Shown: piece by piece, positions 1-13,499 of the stretch
Layout: every line of letters begins with the position of its first letter
How positions within the stretch are numbered: the stretch's first letter is position 1
DNA from: Amphiscolops sp. MND2022
Lineage: Eukaryota
Direction: 5' to 3'
Assembly: GCA_964187785.1 (NCBI GenBank)
Contig: OZ076413.1
Location: forward strand, 44,022,001-44,086,000
Length of the DNA: 64,000 nt
Made by a program: the position numbers and the translations under genes
Notes under the pieces: generated by a model
Told to the model about the DNA's origin: nothing
Database searches by the model: none
The model's input: the letters and a program-made list of their open reading frames with translations, nothing else

Positions 1-1492
1 TTATGTCTTCATCAGAGTAGGTTTCTTGGTCTTCTTCTTCGGTGACTGCTTGCATAGGATTCATCGGCTTTTGTTGTCGTTTTAAGTCTTGTCTTCTAGT
101 TCTGTTGTCATCTTGTGAATTCGTTGCGTATGGAATCTTTCCATATGCAGAACTGCTTTCTTTAGGGACACGTCGTCTGCAATCCCTTGCTGAGTGGCCT
201 GTGTAACCGCAAATCTGGCAGACCAATTTTGGATTGTATTTCGGCTTATCTGGATCGGCTGCTTTCTTCATCGGGATTGCATCCTCCTTCTTTATGCCGT
301 TCGCTTCGTCTCGTTGTCGGGCGCGACATTCCGTTTTGCGGTGACCTGTTTTTCCGCAGTAGAAACATTGTCCCTCAAATCGTTTTCGTTCTGTCGGTTG
401 TGCGGTCGTCGTTGTTGTTGTAGGCTTCGTCGTTGTAATCGTAGGCGGTGCTGAGGAGGTGACCGCGTTGAATGGTTGGATTGCCGTAGGTGGCGCTACG
501 TACTGCTGGTACTGGTATTTTCGCATTAGGTAGGTTTTGATTTCCTCTGGGGAGCTCTCTTCTTTGTTTGCCATGGTGAGCTCTTGTTGAATCTCGACTG
601 GCAGTTTTCCAAACAGGAACATTTTGATTATACTGTCGGCGTCATTGCCGAAGGCTTGTTTGGCAGTCTTCTTGAGATTTTTGAGGAAATCGCCGAATGT
701 TTCTGTTGTGGGATCATAGCGTGCTTGATCCCATTTGTAACGGGCCACTTCCTTTAGATCCTCTTTTGCAAATTCTTTTCTGAAGAGGTCGAGTACGTCC
801 TTTAGTGTTGTCATTGGCGTTATCTGGATGGATTGCCAGTATTCTATTGCGTCATCTCTCAAAAGGCTTTGAAAGAAGTGTAGTTTGTTCTCCTCGGTGA
901 TTTTGTTGGCAAGCGGGCTAAGGTGGTTGAGGAGAAGGTGCTCAAATTCGACGAATTTGTCTTTTTGGCCTCTGAAATTTGGCACGTGTGTCTGCAGAAG
1001 CTTCGTGTTGGTGGTTGTGTTTTTGATGCGTTGGGGGATCGTCTCGATTGCATTGAGTAGTCGTTCCTCATTGCTTCTGGGGGTTGATTCTCCTTCGTCT
1101 GAATCGTCTTCTTGGTAACTTCTGAAGTTGGTGAAGCTGGTTGTCGGGCGGTTGGAGCGGGTTTCTGTAACTCCTGTCACCATGTCGAGCCCAACCGTGT
1201 GGGTCGGCTTTGAAGGACCTTTCGAGGTTGACTGTCGATTTTCGGTGTCTGTCTTACTTATGACAGCCATCATTAAGTCCTTCAGTTGACTGAACTCATT
1301 CTGTAATTCGTTTATCTTTCTCTCATAGCTCTCTTTTATTTCAGATAACTGAGACGAGATGTCGGAAACCTCGTTGCTATCAGAATCATTGGCAGAAGAC
1401 TGAGCCATGTCTGGATCCGTTTGAACGGGTGTATCTAATGAGGAACTAATAATTCTTCCGCTTCTGAGTTCAGTGCCTAGATCTGGGTTCAT
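1..1492 (-). CDS. gag: Gag of a Ty3/Gypsy LTR retrotransposon (runs off the left edge of the window)
   Basis: My translation from ATG 1492 (MNPDLGTELRSGR...) reads to the window edge with no stop found. It has a coiled coil, a capsid-like region (VPNFRGQKDKFVEFEHLL...YWQSI) and two CCHC knuckles (CFYCGKTGHRKTEC, CQICGYTGHSARDC). It is absent from the ORF track, presumably because no stop lies in the window. Confidence 0.9.
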   Translation of the reverse strand, partial: MNPDLGTELRSGRIISSSLDTPVQTDPDMAQSSANDSDSNEVSDISSQLSEIKESYERKINELQNEFSQLKDLMMAVISKTDTENRQSTSKGPSKPTHTVGLDMVTGVTETRSNRPTTSFTNFRSYQEDDSDEGESTPRSNEERLLNAIETIPQRIKNTTTNTKLLQTHVPNFRGQKDKFVEFEHLLLNHLSPLANKITEENKLHFFQSLLRDDAIEYWQSIQITPMTTLKDVLDLFRKEFAKEDLKEVARYKWDQARYDPTTETFGDFLKNLKKTAKQAFGNDADSIIKMFLFGKLPVEIQQELTMANKEESSPEEIKTYLMRKYQYQQYVAPPTAIQPFNAVTSSAPPTITTTKPTTTTTTAQPTERKRFEGQCFYCGKTGHRKTECRARQRDEANGIKKEDAIPMKKAADPDKPKYNPKLVCQICGYTGHSARDCRRRVPKESSSAYGKIPYATNSQDDNRTRRQDLKRQQKPMNPMQAVTEEEDQETYSDEDI

Positions 1493-1499
1493 AGAGGTG

Positions 1500-2850
1500 G
1501 GAGAAAAGGAATTATGAGTGAAGACTGGATCTGGATGATTTTTCGATGTGTTTTACTGTTTTATGCTGTTATTCGAACTCAAATTCACTATTTCTGAACT
1601 TGAGATGTAAATGCGATGAGTTTTACAGTAAGACAAGGATGCTAGTAAGGAATTGAGAAATAGTTAACGAGGATCAAGTAGAGTTCATCCAAAATTCATC
1701 GAACAGATATCAATCAAGAAATTACTCAGAGTTGTGAAGGTAGCGTTTTACGATGAATACAAGATATGTTTTCTAGTTCAAATCTGTCGTAATTCATCCA
1801 ACTGGATGGTAGCTAATCGCAATTTCGGTCTGTGTAATCTCTAATGGCGGTCCAAAATTCAGCAGTTCACGTGTTCTTTTCAGGCTGGTAAGACGCTAAA
1901 TCTCTTACCAGCCGACTCTTATTGGCTATTGCCAGTTGGTGCTAATTGGTAAGTCACGTGACCGGTGTTGTGAACTGCCGCAAGTTGGCCAAACCACATG
2001 GTACATCTACATATGCTAATTATGACTAATCATCACTTTACAATGTCGCAATTGCCTGCACACAGTGTCATGGTTTCTATAGCAACTCAAATCATTCAAT
2101 AATGTACTAATTTCAAGTCAAAACAGAGTAAACTGCATCACAGGATAGGAAAACGATGTTTTCCAACTAATTCCAGCACTAAAATCAATACTTCAAAACT
2201 AAAGATGGAAATGCGATGAATTCGCCAGAATATTTGCTGATTTTCAAGTCTAGTTTAGCTCTGGATGAAAATGCGATGAATGGTGGTCTTTTAGCTCGAA
2301 AATCAACACGATATGAACTGACGATGACAAAAGGATGAACTCGTCTTCAAAATGAATGATTTCCAGCACAATTTAAATCAACGATGGTAAAAGGATGAAC
2401 TCCCCTCGAAACTAACTAATTTCCAGCACTAGTGAAATTGGCGATGAATTCAGGATGAATTCGGTCGATAAGACAGGTGAAACAGCTAATTCTGCAGTAA
2501 AGACAAATATACGATGACTTTAGGATGAATACATTCAATAAAACAGCAAAATCTAATGAATCAAATTCCAACGATGAGTTTAGGATGAACTCAACTGAAA
2601 ATTTGGCTAATTCCAACGCAAGTCGAACTAGCGGTGAATTTACGATGAACTAGTGATGAGTTAGTCTAATAAAACAGATATCCAGCACTTCACTCTTTTT
2701 TAGGATGAATTAAGGATGTACTTTCTCATTTCTTGTAGTTTCTGTTCAGGGCGATGAAATATAGATGGGTTATGCTCTTTTTAAGAAATGAGAAGCACCT
2801 TGAAGGTTAATAATTACAAAACGACGATGAGTATAGGATGGCTTTCATGC
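1500..2850 (-). repeat. Non-coding leader upstream of the edge Gag, built from degenerate short repeats
   Basis: Many recurrences of (gc/ag)gatgaa and ttccagcac motifs; no coherent ORF; lies 5' of gag on the minus strand. Confidence 0.45.
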
Positions 2851-5175
2851 ATTTTAAAGTCCCGTGAGATCCGCTGATGGATCACTAAATAAAATCAAAT
2901 ATATGTCCCAAATTTTGTTCACCCGCAATCTTGGCGATGTGATTGCGATGAACCTTGATAATATAGCACCGTAATTTCACTAATTGATCAAGTTGTAGGA
3001 TCACTAAGTCTGCTGATGGATTAGTGATGAACTTTTCTGAAATTCGTCACGACTACAAGTCCTGAGGCGAGGGAGCTAGTAGAAGTTACAGATTCCATTA
3101 TTTCTACATCTCTCGGTCCAGTCTGACCGGAAAACTTCTCTCCCTTATCGTGACAAACCAATATTGAATAAGATAGCACATTAAAAGCTATTGGCAAGAT
3201 CATTTGTGCGGACACCGGAATTAGAGCGCTCAGTATTAAATAAATATGTATAGCTCAAACTCAGGGGAGGTAGGGATTAAGGTACAAGTAACGTAGGGTT
3301 GCTCACAACCATGGCTCTTATTATATGACATCATATTGCCCATATCTAAGTACATAAGACATAATATTTACATTACAGATATTTAGTAGATTATATTTCC
3401 ATCATGCTGGCATGACAAACTGTTGTCAAATAGAGTTGCTATGAAACTTTTGCTTGGAAGATCTAGTGAATATTATGCTGAAAAGCTCTGAGAAAATTAA
3501 CTACGCGAAAAGCTGAGTATGCAAAGAAAACTGTGGTCAGGTCCATTGTATTCTCGGTAAAAATTGGAGAAGCATAGAAAACGATCTTTTCTATGTAACT
3601 AACGTAAATACAACAAACAACTGATATCAATGAAAGCAATGATACAGTCTGGGTTTTTGTTTAATTTTTTTAATAAACATTTTTCTTTAGCTTCTGATTT
3701 TTTATCAATGACCCCTAACGGTCGATAATGTGACAAAGCCCTGTCCAGTGTTTGGTATTATACCCGGTCTACTTCTCTGGAAGTGAAGCTCGATGCATCC
3801 TGCGGGTACATTGTTCTGATGATAATCTACAGAAATGCTTTCTGTGAACGAAACAACAGAACACCTGAATGAGTAAAGACATAGACGTGAAAGCATTAGG
3901 AGAGTTTTTATCCAACCGTTTTAACGAATGAAAAGTTCTGAAACTCCTGCTGTTCTCATTTTAGAAACAACTTTATGACGTACATAGCGATGAAAATTGC
4001 AATTAGAGACCAATAATTTTAAGGAAAGGCTTCGGGCAATATTTGCGAAATTTTTGAAAGCACTATCACGATAAGGAGAAAAGTATACTGAGTGTTGCAA
4101 AAATTATGAAAACCCTAGAGTTCCATTCTGGTATTCATTGGGCAGTCTTGACAAAGACATCGATTTTTTCACAAACAAAATTTGGTGATTGGCTATTTCT
4201 TTCACTAGTTCGAAATTACGCTATTTCATGAATCAGATGTATGCTTTGTAGATGCAGAACAATGTTTATTTCCAATTGAGCCTAAAAAGCTTGCATTTTG
4301 CTACAACTACTTTTAAAGTTATCCCATCTTTTGGAGCTCTGTCAAAAATCGTAAAGAAATTATTAGCCTAAAATATTATGGCTGCTGAATCATTCATGGT
4401 TGAGAGTGGATTTGAAATACTCATAGGCGATAGTCTACGGTTGAGAATGTCATCAAAATCATCATAGATTTCCTTTGAAATTGAGATTAATGTCAGGAAG
4501 AAGCTGAGAAGATGGATGGAATACCTAGAAGCATCTATGTAGATCAACCTGCGATTTTTGTCGAGAGAGTGTGCCTTGAATTAGCAAGTTGACACAGTTT
4601 GATTCTGCTATGACAAGTGTTCCATAATTTGTTTGCTCAAGCAATGCGGTGTGAAAAAAGTGTCTTGCATTTTTCAAAAGCATTTGTCAAAATTGGCACA
4701 AAAATTGTCCTCTACCGAAGATAGAGTTTTCAATAGGAAGTTGACCATTGTTTTTTTTGTTTCTGGGATTGACGCAGAAAAAATATATAATGCGAATTGT
4801 TTTTGCCTAGTAGTTACTCAAAAAACATAATGCGAATGCGTTTCCATATTTGGTATTGTTTTTTGCCTAGTAGTTACTCATTTTCACAGCTGAACGCGTT
4901 AGACGTATGTAGGCGTACCAACTTCGAATATGGCATTAGGAGGGGAGGGCTGTTGCAGGCGTATGTCATTGCATTTATTTCACGTGGAAGCTAACTTGGA
5001 CATCTCATGTGTTTTGTTTCTACGGCACACGAACTGTTAAATGGAAGTAGATATTGAATTGCACGTATGAGTTTCGAATTCTTATTTTGAATGGGTTTTT
5101 TTTCTTATTTTGAATGGGTTTTTTGCATTCCCAGATTTTGCCCTTCCAGATATTTTCAGAAATTATCCAATCAAA

Positions 5176-5864
5176 TGTAACGTCAAGCTAACAGCTACAT
5201 TCTAGAACCGGGACAATGCCCAGGTTACCTTAACAAGAGACCAGTGTCTTATAACAACCTAAACATCAGTTTTTGGTCCCAAAAGGTCTCAGTAGGGACT
5301 TTTCCAAGACGTCGTGGAGACTCCTCATTTTAGAGCTCCGTGGCGACGTGCCGGCACACTCAAAGTCCGGACACGTCCCACAAGCACGTAAAAACGTATC
5401 CAAAGGGTTCCTGCGGTCCTACATATCTCCGAGGTCTGAAAACAGGGGTTTAGTTAGAGCACATTCCAATTAGGAGAATAACGTCTAAAATCAACACCTT
5501 TCAGGTTTACCATTAACAAACACCTCAAAATCTGTCAAAATACTACAAAACAGCGCTGGGGAAGCATTCTGAACAGTTCTGAGCGGGTTTTGAATTTTGG
5601 GTTCGACTCACACAAAAATCGCACCTTCTTCATCTCTTTTCTGGCTCATTCTTGCGATTTTCCGGTCTTGATGGCACAACACTGGGGTATTGACTCTTTT
5701 CTGCTTCTGGATATCTTCTTTCACTGCTTTTCGGCCTTCTTCGTGGTCTGAGGGGGGGTCTTTTTTGCCTTGTGTCTGCTTCCTTTTCGAATTCAACGAC
5801 CTGCTAAGTCGGCCACATTGACTTGCACATTTGAAATTTTTGACCTTGACTGGTGGACGTTACA
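5176..5864 (-). repeat. 3' LTR of the minus-strand deleted element
   Basis: Termini TGTAAC...GTTACA. Aligns by eye with 11126-12215 (e.g. gccggcacactcaaagtccggacacg vs gccggcactctcaaagtccggacacg). Confidence 0.8.
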
Positions 5865-6971
5865 TCCTGCCCGGGCCGTAGTTTGTCGTCCTCGGCAAAG
5901 GAGAGGGAATGGTACATACCCAGCGGGTCTTTTAGCAACATTATCTCAAATTTTTTTACTGCTCCAAAATTCTGCATCATTTTGACAGCACTTTTTTTGA
6001 CATTAGCACTTTTTGATCATTTGCATTTAGAACTTTTTCACTATTCTAGAGGATAAAAACACTTTCTCTAAAGAAACCCTTTCCACTCGTTTCAATCCAA
6101 TTAAAACTTCTCTTAAGGGTGGTAATGTACGCCGCATTCCAAGAATTGCAAGAAAGCATAGTTCTTTTGTTTTGGGCAGGGAGGCACCAAGTTGGGACAC
6201 ACCTACCAGGTAGGGTACTACAGAATGCATCTTAACACTTGAATCGTGTGTGATCAAAGCGTTGCAATGCAAAAAGAAAAGCTCCAATATGGACACAACT
6301 TGTAATACATCAAAGAAAATCACCAAGGGAGAGTCCATTCAGTCCATTGTGTTCTGATGTTTGTTTGGGATCCATTTCAGGCACTGCGGTCATTTTGAGT
6401 TCCAGGAGCTCACTCATCGTCCACTCAAGTGTATGAAGGTCTGGCAGAACAAGCATTTCTGAAGCCACCAACCATGTGACTAGAACGTATCACACTATTC
6501 AGACGACAAGTACGGGATTGCATCTGGAACCAGTTCCGTATGGGATGCTTCGCACAATTATATTGATTTCTTGTCGCTGTCAGTTGGATCCACATTGCTC
6601 GGAATGTTGCCTGGTCCCTCTCCCAACCAAGTGAAAGATTAATGCCTTGTGTACAAACAAGAAACGATAGCATACTGCGTTAGTATGTAGCACCTGGGGT
6701 ATAATCTGAGGATGTTGCGAGGATGTAACTGGGATGATGATCTGATACCACGCAGGTTCAGCGAAATAGGACACAACTGTAAAACAGGCAGCAGTTGTAG
6801 ATCAAAACCTTTTCTGAATGAATGCAGACGAAACAATCAAACGCTGAGGAGACAACTAAAAAACAATTGACAATCCGCATTAAGAAAATCCAACAATTAG
6901 TTAAAACGACACATACGCTTAGAAGAAGGCATTTGGCCACCTGAAGGGCTATTTATAGGGGCTTTTGGTGC

Positions 6972-8432
6972 TCAATCCAATTTGTGCTTCGTGTTGCTGC
7001 CATATGCGTTGACTGATACGAATGACACATAGACTCTATCATGGAGAACTATGTCAATGTCTGAGTCGATGAAATGATCTCTCAACATAGAATACCAAGC
7101 TGGTAGTATGTTGATCGACCTTTCAGGATCATAGATAGGAAGGTGAACTTGGGTGATGTGGGCTTGCGCTAATTTCTGTACCAGATCTATCAGGCACAGA
7201 TGTAGCACATCATGTAGCATAGGATGTTTGTTGAAGGCTCTCGTGAATAATAGGAACATGTCATTCTTCCATGGCGCATTAGGTGACTTGACGAGATGTA
7301 TGGCTTTTCCTACAGCTGGTCGTAGTCGGAAAATCTCCTCTTGGCCATATTCCTGGATGACATAACGCGCCATTGCTGAATAGGACAGCAGATCTGCCGG
7401 ACAGCATATTACCACGGTACCACGTGCTTGCAATATATCGGTTTCATCATAAGTTATTCATGGTATATAGTTCGACTTGACTTTCGGGTGCGATGTCAGC
7501 AGTTTTCCTGTGACGGTGCTCCGATTGTCCTGATTTGATGTGAGATGATCCGGGATGGCTTTACGGTCTTGCCACACTGTTCTGTGCAAAGGTCGGTCTC
7601 CTAAGTTCGTGCAGGACCAATCGTGGACTACGGAGAGTGCTTCAAGCACGGTCAATGGGTTCTCGAACGTATACGTGTATTTGTCTAACATGCGTATTTT
7701 GGCTTGCCGACAGAAAGTGATAGCTAATAGCTGTAACCAATGTTGACTAAGGAATTTTCCGCGATAAATGTCTGCTAGATGGAAACTAAGTGTGTCCTCG
7801 AACTCTACTAGTGTACGCAAGTTCTCTAAACAAATCAATAGAGTTCCTGGAGTCACTGGTGATGTTTCGTCCAAGAAGGTAACTAGTAGCCACCAACCTG
7901 CCACTGGGTGATATACATCTCCAGGGGAGGTTACACCATATTGTTGCCATAGCTTCTGCGCGGTGATACTGCGTCTCATTGCTATTTTTGTGTCTTCTGG
8001 CTCTATTTTTCCGAACACCATCGATGGAGGGAGTGGGGGAATGATAGCGGCTAACGTAAATTCTAGCCCGCTCTTTTCGTGCCACGTCCACTCCTTGAAC
8101 TCCTAGGTAGGACAGTCTGAGGGGGATGTTCCTTGCATAGCCTTGAGTGTGGTTTCCAATGGTGGGACCACACCTGGTCCAATGCTCGAGTATGTCTTTT
8201 CTATTGTTATCACAACATGATGTACTTGTGGAACATCCTTGTCTTTAGCCTGTATGGACCGGATTGTATGTTGTAGATGGTCTTCGGACGTTTCGGTGTC
8301 AACTGAGCCATGAGCAGGAGCGTCCACTCCCCGGGCCAATCGCTTGTCCGGTGTCCTCACTTCGACGTGGTTCACACAACTGTGGTACCGGGAACCGAGG
8401 TACACCTCACGCGAGAATCGAGCAACGAACAC
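6972..8432 (-). pseudogene. Tandem macrodomain-like Pol C-terminal remnant with two in-frame stops
   Basis: ORFs 8103-8432, 7458-8021 and 6972-7433 share one frame, split by TAG (8103-8105) and TGA (7458-7460). The translation is colinear with the Gag-Pol C-terminus at 26330-27538 (EKTYS, FKEWT, WWLLVT, CPADL, LRPxVG, VHLPIxDPER, VLHxRVYVS). Confidence 0.85.
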
Positions 8433-10039
8433 TGATTTTTTGAGAAGCCTGCTTGGCTACAGATGTTAGATTGTCTGAAAAGTCCGTTTGTCACTCATGC
8501 TGCCCTGTCTCCGGAGAGCACAAGTAATGACTTAAAAGTGATCACTGACTGAGAATAGGCTTTGGGGGTGAGTAAGAGGAAGGACACTGAGTTTGAAGTG
8601 CTTTCTTGCATTACGATTGTAGTAGAATCAGAAAAAGCGTTCTTTTTCAACTATGGTAGTCACTACTGTACTTGTTGTTCAGTTTTGAGACGCACTGCGT
8701 TCAAAGTCTGAACCTCTAAAAGTGCCTTTAAACAAGCTCCAGCACCCATAGGGTACACAGGGTACCGAGCATGCGTATTTACAACAAATAATTTGCACTA
8801 AGGTGACTTTGATAGCAGTCAGGAGGCGAATATCGATTTTTGGTTTTTCACCTCTATGTCTGGTAGACCGTTTTCTCTGAGACCCGAGATCTTAGGGTCG
8901 GTTTAGCACTAATCAAAATGATTCAGAAGACGTGCTGAGCGCGCCTGGTATGCTAGTTAGGTCGTTTGGGCACTCACTGGCACGTACACTGACAAAAAGT
9001 ATGCGATTTATCTCACAAAATTGCAAAATCAACAATTTTTTCGTCAACAAGCACCTCCTTCTAGGCGTCCTCTAGCTACCTGAAATTTTGTATGCGAGCG
9101 TAGATTGTGCCCACGTAACAGAAAAACACGGCGGCGAGGTGCCTGGATCAATAACTAGCGATTAGTGACAAAACTTTGATGTACCTGAGGTACTACTTTT
9201 TCGGGTCAAAATTCACAAAAAAGTCATTTTCTCAGCTTTGGCTAGCCGTGGGCTGCTCAAATTGCACAAATCGTCGGGATCTAGTGCCGTACATACTAAA
9301 ACGCAAGAATTTTAGTGCTGGGATACCAGCAAAGTATTGCAATATGCTCAACTAAAATTCGATTTTTTTGGCAATTTGGTGCACTTTTTGAGCAAAACTG
9401 CGGCTAAGACATTTCCACGAGTATTGACAGTAGCGCCATCGAAATCACGCTACTAGCATTTTTTTGCGCTCTACACGATAGTGCAATGGCTTATACTGCT
9501 AGGAGAGATTCCGTCAAAAATACGTGATTGCCGAATTCCCAAAAAGTCGCAAAAATGTTTTTGGCTATTTCTCAGCAACCACTGTTTGGAATCACTCGCG
9601 GTTGTCTGCGTTTGCAACGTTCTACTTTATACTAACAGAAAATAGGCAAGCAAAACCTGGCAGGTTCCAAATAACGTCTCTCAAAAAAGTTTCAAATTAC
9701 ACCTTTTACACTATGGGAACAATGTAAAAAATACGTATTTTCCCTAGGAACTTTTTGTTTCTCGGTTCCCAGATATTCGGGATTGTTCGAAACGTAACTT
9801 AATAGGGTGTAATGATTTTATTCAGGGGACTGAGGTTGTTTCACTTATTAATTTTGATGTTATAACTCTCAGGTCTATGGGGTCCTTTACTCAGGTCTTT
9901 GTATATCAAAGAAAATCAAAGGTTAAAGTTTCAATTTTTATTGGGGGTTGCTAAAAATAGTCTTGGTAGTAGTGTTTCATACTACCAGTCTTGGGAACTA
10001 CGTTTTTGGGCTGATCTAAAAGCTTGGGAACAAATGCCT

Positions 10040-10600
10040 ATGGCTTCGCCCTCACCAATTTTGGTCTTTTAGGACAAAATTGATGTTTTTTCAACAAAAG
10101 TCGCTAAATTTTTCAATGTTTCAACAATTTAGCCAAACAAATTTTTCTGTTTTCGTCCTAACAAGTCTAATGAAACGTTTTTATTGTATCCACTTTGGCC
10201 GTACCACCTTCTGAAAATTTTTGGCTTTTGTAACTAATGATGACCGATAGGCGGCTATTGTATGTAACAATTAAAATTGGCTGGTAACTTATTCAATATC
10301 TCGTTGGAGGGCCTCAAAAAACCGCTTGACGATAACGTTATTTGATATCTGGCTCGGAAAAAAAAGAATTTTAGGTGGCTCGCTATGGTCTGAGAAAAAC
10401 TAAAAGGTCTTCGCCCTCACCAAATTTCGTCTCAAAGTCCAAATTTGACATTTTCAAACAAAAATCACTAGATTTTCAGTTTTATTGGCAACTTAGCCTG
10501 GCAAACTTTTCTGTTCCTGACCTGGTAGGTCTAATGGAACGTTTGTGTTGTATTTCCATTGCCCGTACCCTCTTCTGAAAAACTTTGGCTTTTGAGAGTA
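10040..10600. repeat. Two ~200-bp imperfect direct repeats in the element leader
   Basis: cttcgccctcaccaa...gaacgttt...cttctgaaaa...ggctttt occurs at ~10044-10230 and ~10409-10595. Confidence 0.65.
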
Positions 10601-11092
10601 ATCAAGTTGAAAATCGAGCTATATCAGGTGTTATAGCTAGCTCGCTATATTTTTTCAAAAAACAATCGGACAACCCAGTGTGTATTTTTCTCAGTTCTTG
10701 CTAATGAGAATACGTCTGGGAATAGGCTTTTAAAGCCACAAAAACAAAAAGGGAGATTGTAACCCAGCCTATTTGCTGCAATCAATTGGGTGAGGGAAGT
10801 AGTGTTGTACAGTTCGTCTCCACTTCGTCACCGCTGATGGGGTACGAACTGTCACTCTGCTTGTTCCCCGTCCCAATGCATTGCAAATAGACTGAAAGAG
10901 AGCTACAAAACCCTTTAAAACAAAATTTCGGTAAGCAGTAACGGTGTCGAAACGGTACTTTGCCGAAAATCAGTTATTTATTGACTAAGGCAATAAAAAT
11001 AATCTAGGACCCTCCAAAAAGTTTTCCTAGATCCGGACCCTCCGGGGCCGGAAAGCAGAAGTTGCTCCTACTTGTACGCAAAATGAAAAATA

Positions 11093-11109
11093 TCCCTCTG
11101 TGGTCGCCA
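11093..11109 (-). promoter_or_regulatory. Primer-binding site (TGGCGACCACAGAGGGA)
   Basis: Reverse complement of tccctctgtggtcgcca; identical to 15437-15453; separated from the LTR end by 16 nt. Confidence 0.85.
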
Positions 11110-11125
11110 TAAAAACTATTCCAGA

Positions 11126-12215
11126 TGTAACGACCGACTAGCGACGCAAATCTAGGAAGAGGAACAATGCCTAGGGTGCTTAAACAGGAGACCGTTGTCT
11201 TAATACATCCCTAGGCACTAGTTTTTGATCCCAAAATGGTCTCCAAGGGGGACTTTTCTATCGTCTAAGGAGGCTTCTCTAGTTAGAACTCCGAGGCGAC
11301 CTGCCGGCACTCTCAAAGTCCGGACACGCCCCACAAGCCTGTAAAGACGAATCCTAGGTTCCTAAAATACATTCCTGCCACCTCCTACATACTTCCGAGG
11401 TCCAAAAAGGTGTCTAACTGAAATACATTGTATTTGGGGAATAAGTTCTAAAATACAGATCTAGTAGATCAAACATCATCCAGATACTCCGTAAACGGAA
11501 ATAAAGTAAGGGGATAAGCCCCAATAACATTACAGTTTAGGGTCGGTCGTCAGTCTGGCCTCTGGCATCATTCCTCATCTTCGCGGCACAATGGTCTCAT
11601 TTGGCACTTTTCTGCCGAAACCCTGTCTTTTTGCTGTCAGATGGCACAATTCCTGATTTTCTCGCCTTCTGGGTGATGACATCTCTTACTTTCACGTTCC
11701 TGGGTCGGGGTGGGGTCTTCTGGTGTTTTTAGTCGGCGCCTTTTCCCTTAAGGAAAAAAGCCCGACTCTTACAGTGAGTAGTTTTTTTTTCAGTTGACAA
11801 TCTCACTCTGAGTGGTCCACTTTTCTTACAATTTTTGTTCATCTTTCATATTTGTTCATCTTCCAGTTTTCGGTTTGTAGAAAACGTTGAATGAGCCTGA
11901 ATGGCCTCTTTTTGAGTTTTTCGGCATTGTGCGACCTAAAAAATACTTTTTTTTTCGAAAAAAAAATCAAAAATTTTTTTTTGAAAAAAAAATTTTCCCA
12001 AATTTTTCCAATAGTTGTTCCTTGAATATTTTTGAGCCTAAGATATGGCGCCAACTTGGGACGTTCCCGTCTTGTTTTGCCTTGATTTTGCTTCCTCTAC
12101 GGTTTTTGTACCTGCCGGGTCGGCCATCTTGAATGCGCTTGTTTGATACCGCACATTTCAAATTTTTGATCCAAATTTTCAAAAACTTCTGCAACGTCCC
12201 TTGCCTGACCTTACA
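11126..12215 (-). repeat. 5' LTR of the minus-strand element, interrupted by a HINE-like insertion
   Basis: TGTAAG...GTTACA on the minus strand. Homology to 5176-5864 resumes after the 11729-12076 insertion (tgcttcc...acctgc...gtcggcca...gcacattt.aaatttttga). Confidence 0.8.
11729..12076 (-). mobile_element. Helentron/HINE (DINE-1-like) non-autonomous element copy
   Basis: Starts AACAAGACGGGAA, has subterminal AGTTGGCGCC, ends GGCGCCGACTAA; inserted in a T-run of the LTR with no distinct TSD. Confidence 0.65.
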
Positions 12216-13014
12216 AAACTTCTTGATGTTCGAAAAAGAATGTTTAAATTGTAAATCAACATAAAATGGATATTTCAATTTATGTATCGTCTTTTTTTCA
12301 ATTTCTAAAACTGTCAAATCATTACCAATATTTTTATCGGGGCCTTTTATGAATGTTGGCATTACCACTTACTACTTTACTACGCTCATAATCCATGGAA
12401 AACCTTCAAAACTTCAAAGTTTCATCGGCGTTTATTTAAAAAAAAACAGATTAAACAATTATGAATTTTTATTACCATCCCTTGTTAAAACTGTTTGAAC
12501 TTAATGCTTGCACTTTCAAGTTTTCTAAAACTTTTACGAAACCTTTTATAAATCCCCGGGTGTAGTGTTATGTGTCGTAATGCCTGTTGTTTTCGACTTT
12601 TTTCAAGCTGCTAGATAGAAGCATCGTTATTTCGACGGCAGTTTTATTAAGCCTTGAAGTTTTGCAGGTTCCACAATCTCATCGTACCCATCGATTTTCT
12701 GTGAAATAATTTGGAATACAGAAATTGATTCTACTAAAAAGGTTTTTAAATGCTAAAGTTATCTCTCAGCTGGGGTAATTTACACTACTATGATTTCCTT
12801 GATTCATTGGTAAAAATTCAAAAAAATCATTTCTACTCACCATTATTTTCTACTCGAATTACTTGAAAACTTACAGAGTATTCCACTTGGGTTTCTAGAA
12901 AAGAACGTTCTTGACCCAGTTTTGGATAGTCAAATAGTTCAGAAGCATATACTTGGTTTTTATACCAATTTTGAGAGAAAAATGAACATTTTGTCAAAAG
13001 ACCCAGTGTTCAAA

Positions 13015-13175
13015 GCCATGGAACGCTTGCCATGATCATGGGTAATCTTGTTAATCATGGTTAACCATGGTACCCTTGTCAAGATCATGGCAAATCATGA
13101 TACATGAAACGCTTCTCATGATCATGGCAAGATTATGGCAAGATCATGACAAGATAACCATGGTAAGACATGTGA
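13015..13175. repeat. catgat/catgg-rich degenerate minisatellite
   Basis: Repeated catgatcatgg, aagatcatggc and accatgg units. Confidence 0.55.
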
Positions 13176-13499
13176 GCTGCTTGCATTTTTATAATTTATT
13201 CCTTTCACAAAAATTTCTTGTCGTATCCAATTTTTGAATAAGCCGTTGTAATAACTTCGGATATACACTTTACTTATCGAAAAAAGTTTTTTAAAAACTG
13301 GAAAGAATCCAAAACTTATTGAACGAGTTTTGGTACCTGAGAGCACGGGAGTTACTACTATCATATATTATCATACAAACAAATATACTCACGTTTTATT
13401 TTACAAAGCGCCAACTAAAGAACAATTGCAGCGACTGATGGGGTTACGTTCAAAAAGCCTTAATATAGCCAACATTGTCCAATATTCAACACTGACATT

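Larger units (their letters stand above)
5176..12215 (-). mobile_element. Internally deleted, non-autonomous Gypsy-type LTR element related to the 14711-33580 element
   Basis: Two homologous but diverged LTRs, a PBS identical to that of the large element, a homologous pre-LTR motif (TTGCCGAGGACGACAAACTACGGCCCGGGCAGGA) and a remnant of the Pol C-terminal macrodomain region. Confidence 0.8.

Noticed and set aside
11760..11775. cttaca as the LTR terminus
   Set aside because: It is part of the HINE-like end (also at ~43047); LTR homology continues to 12215.
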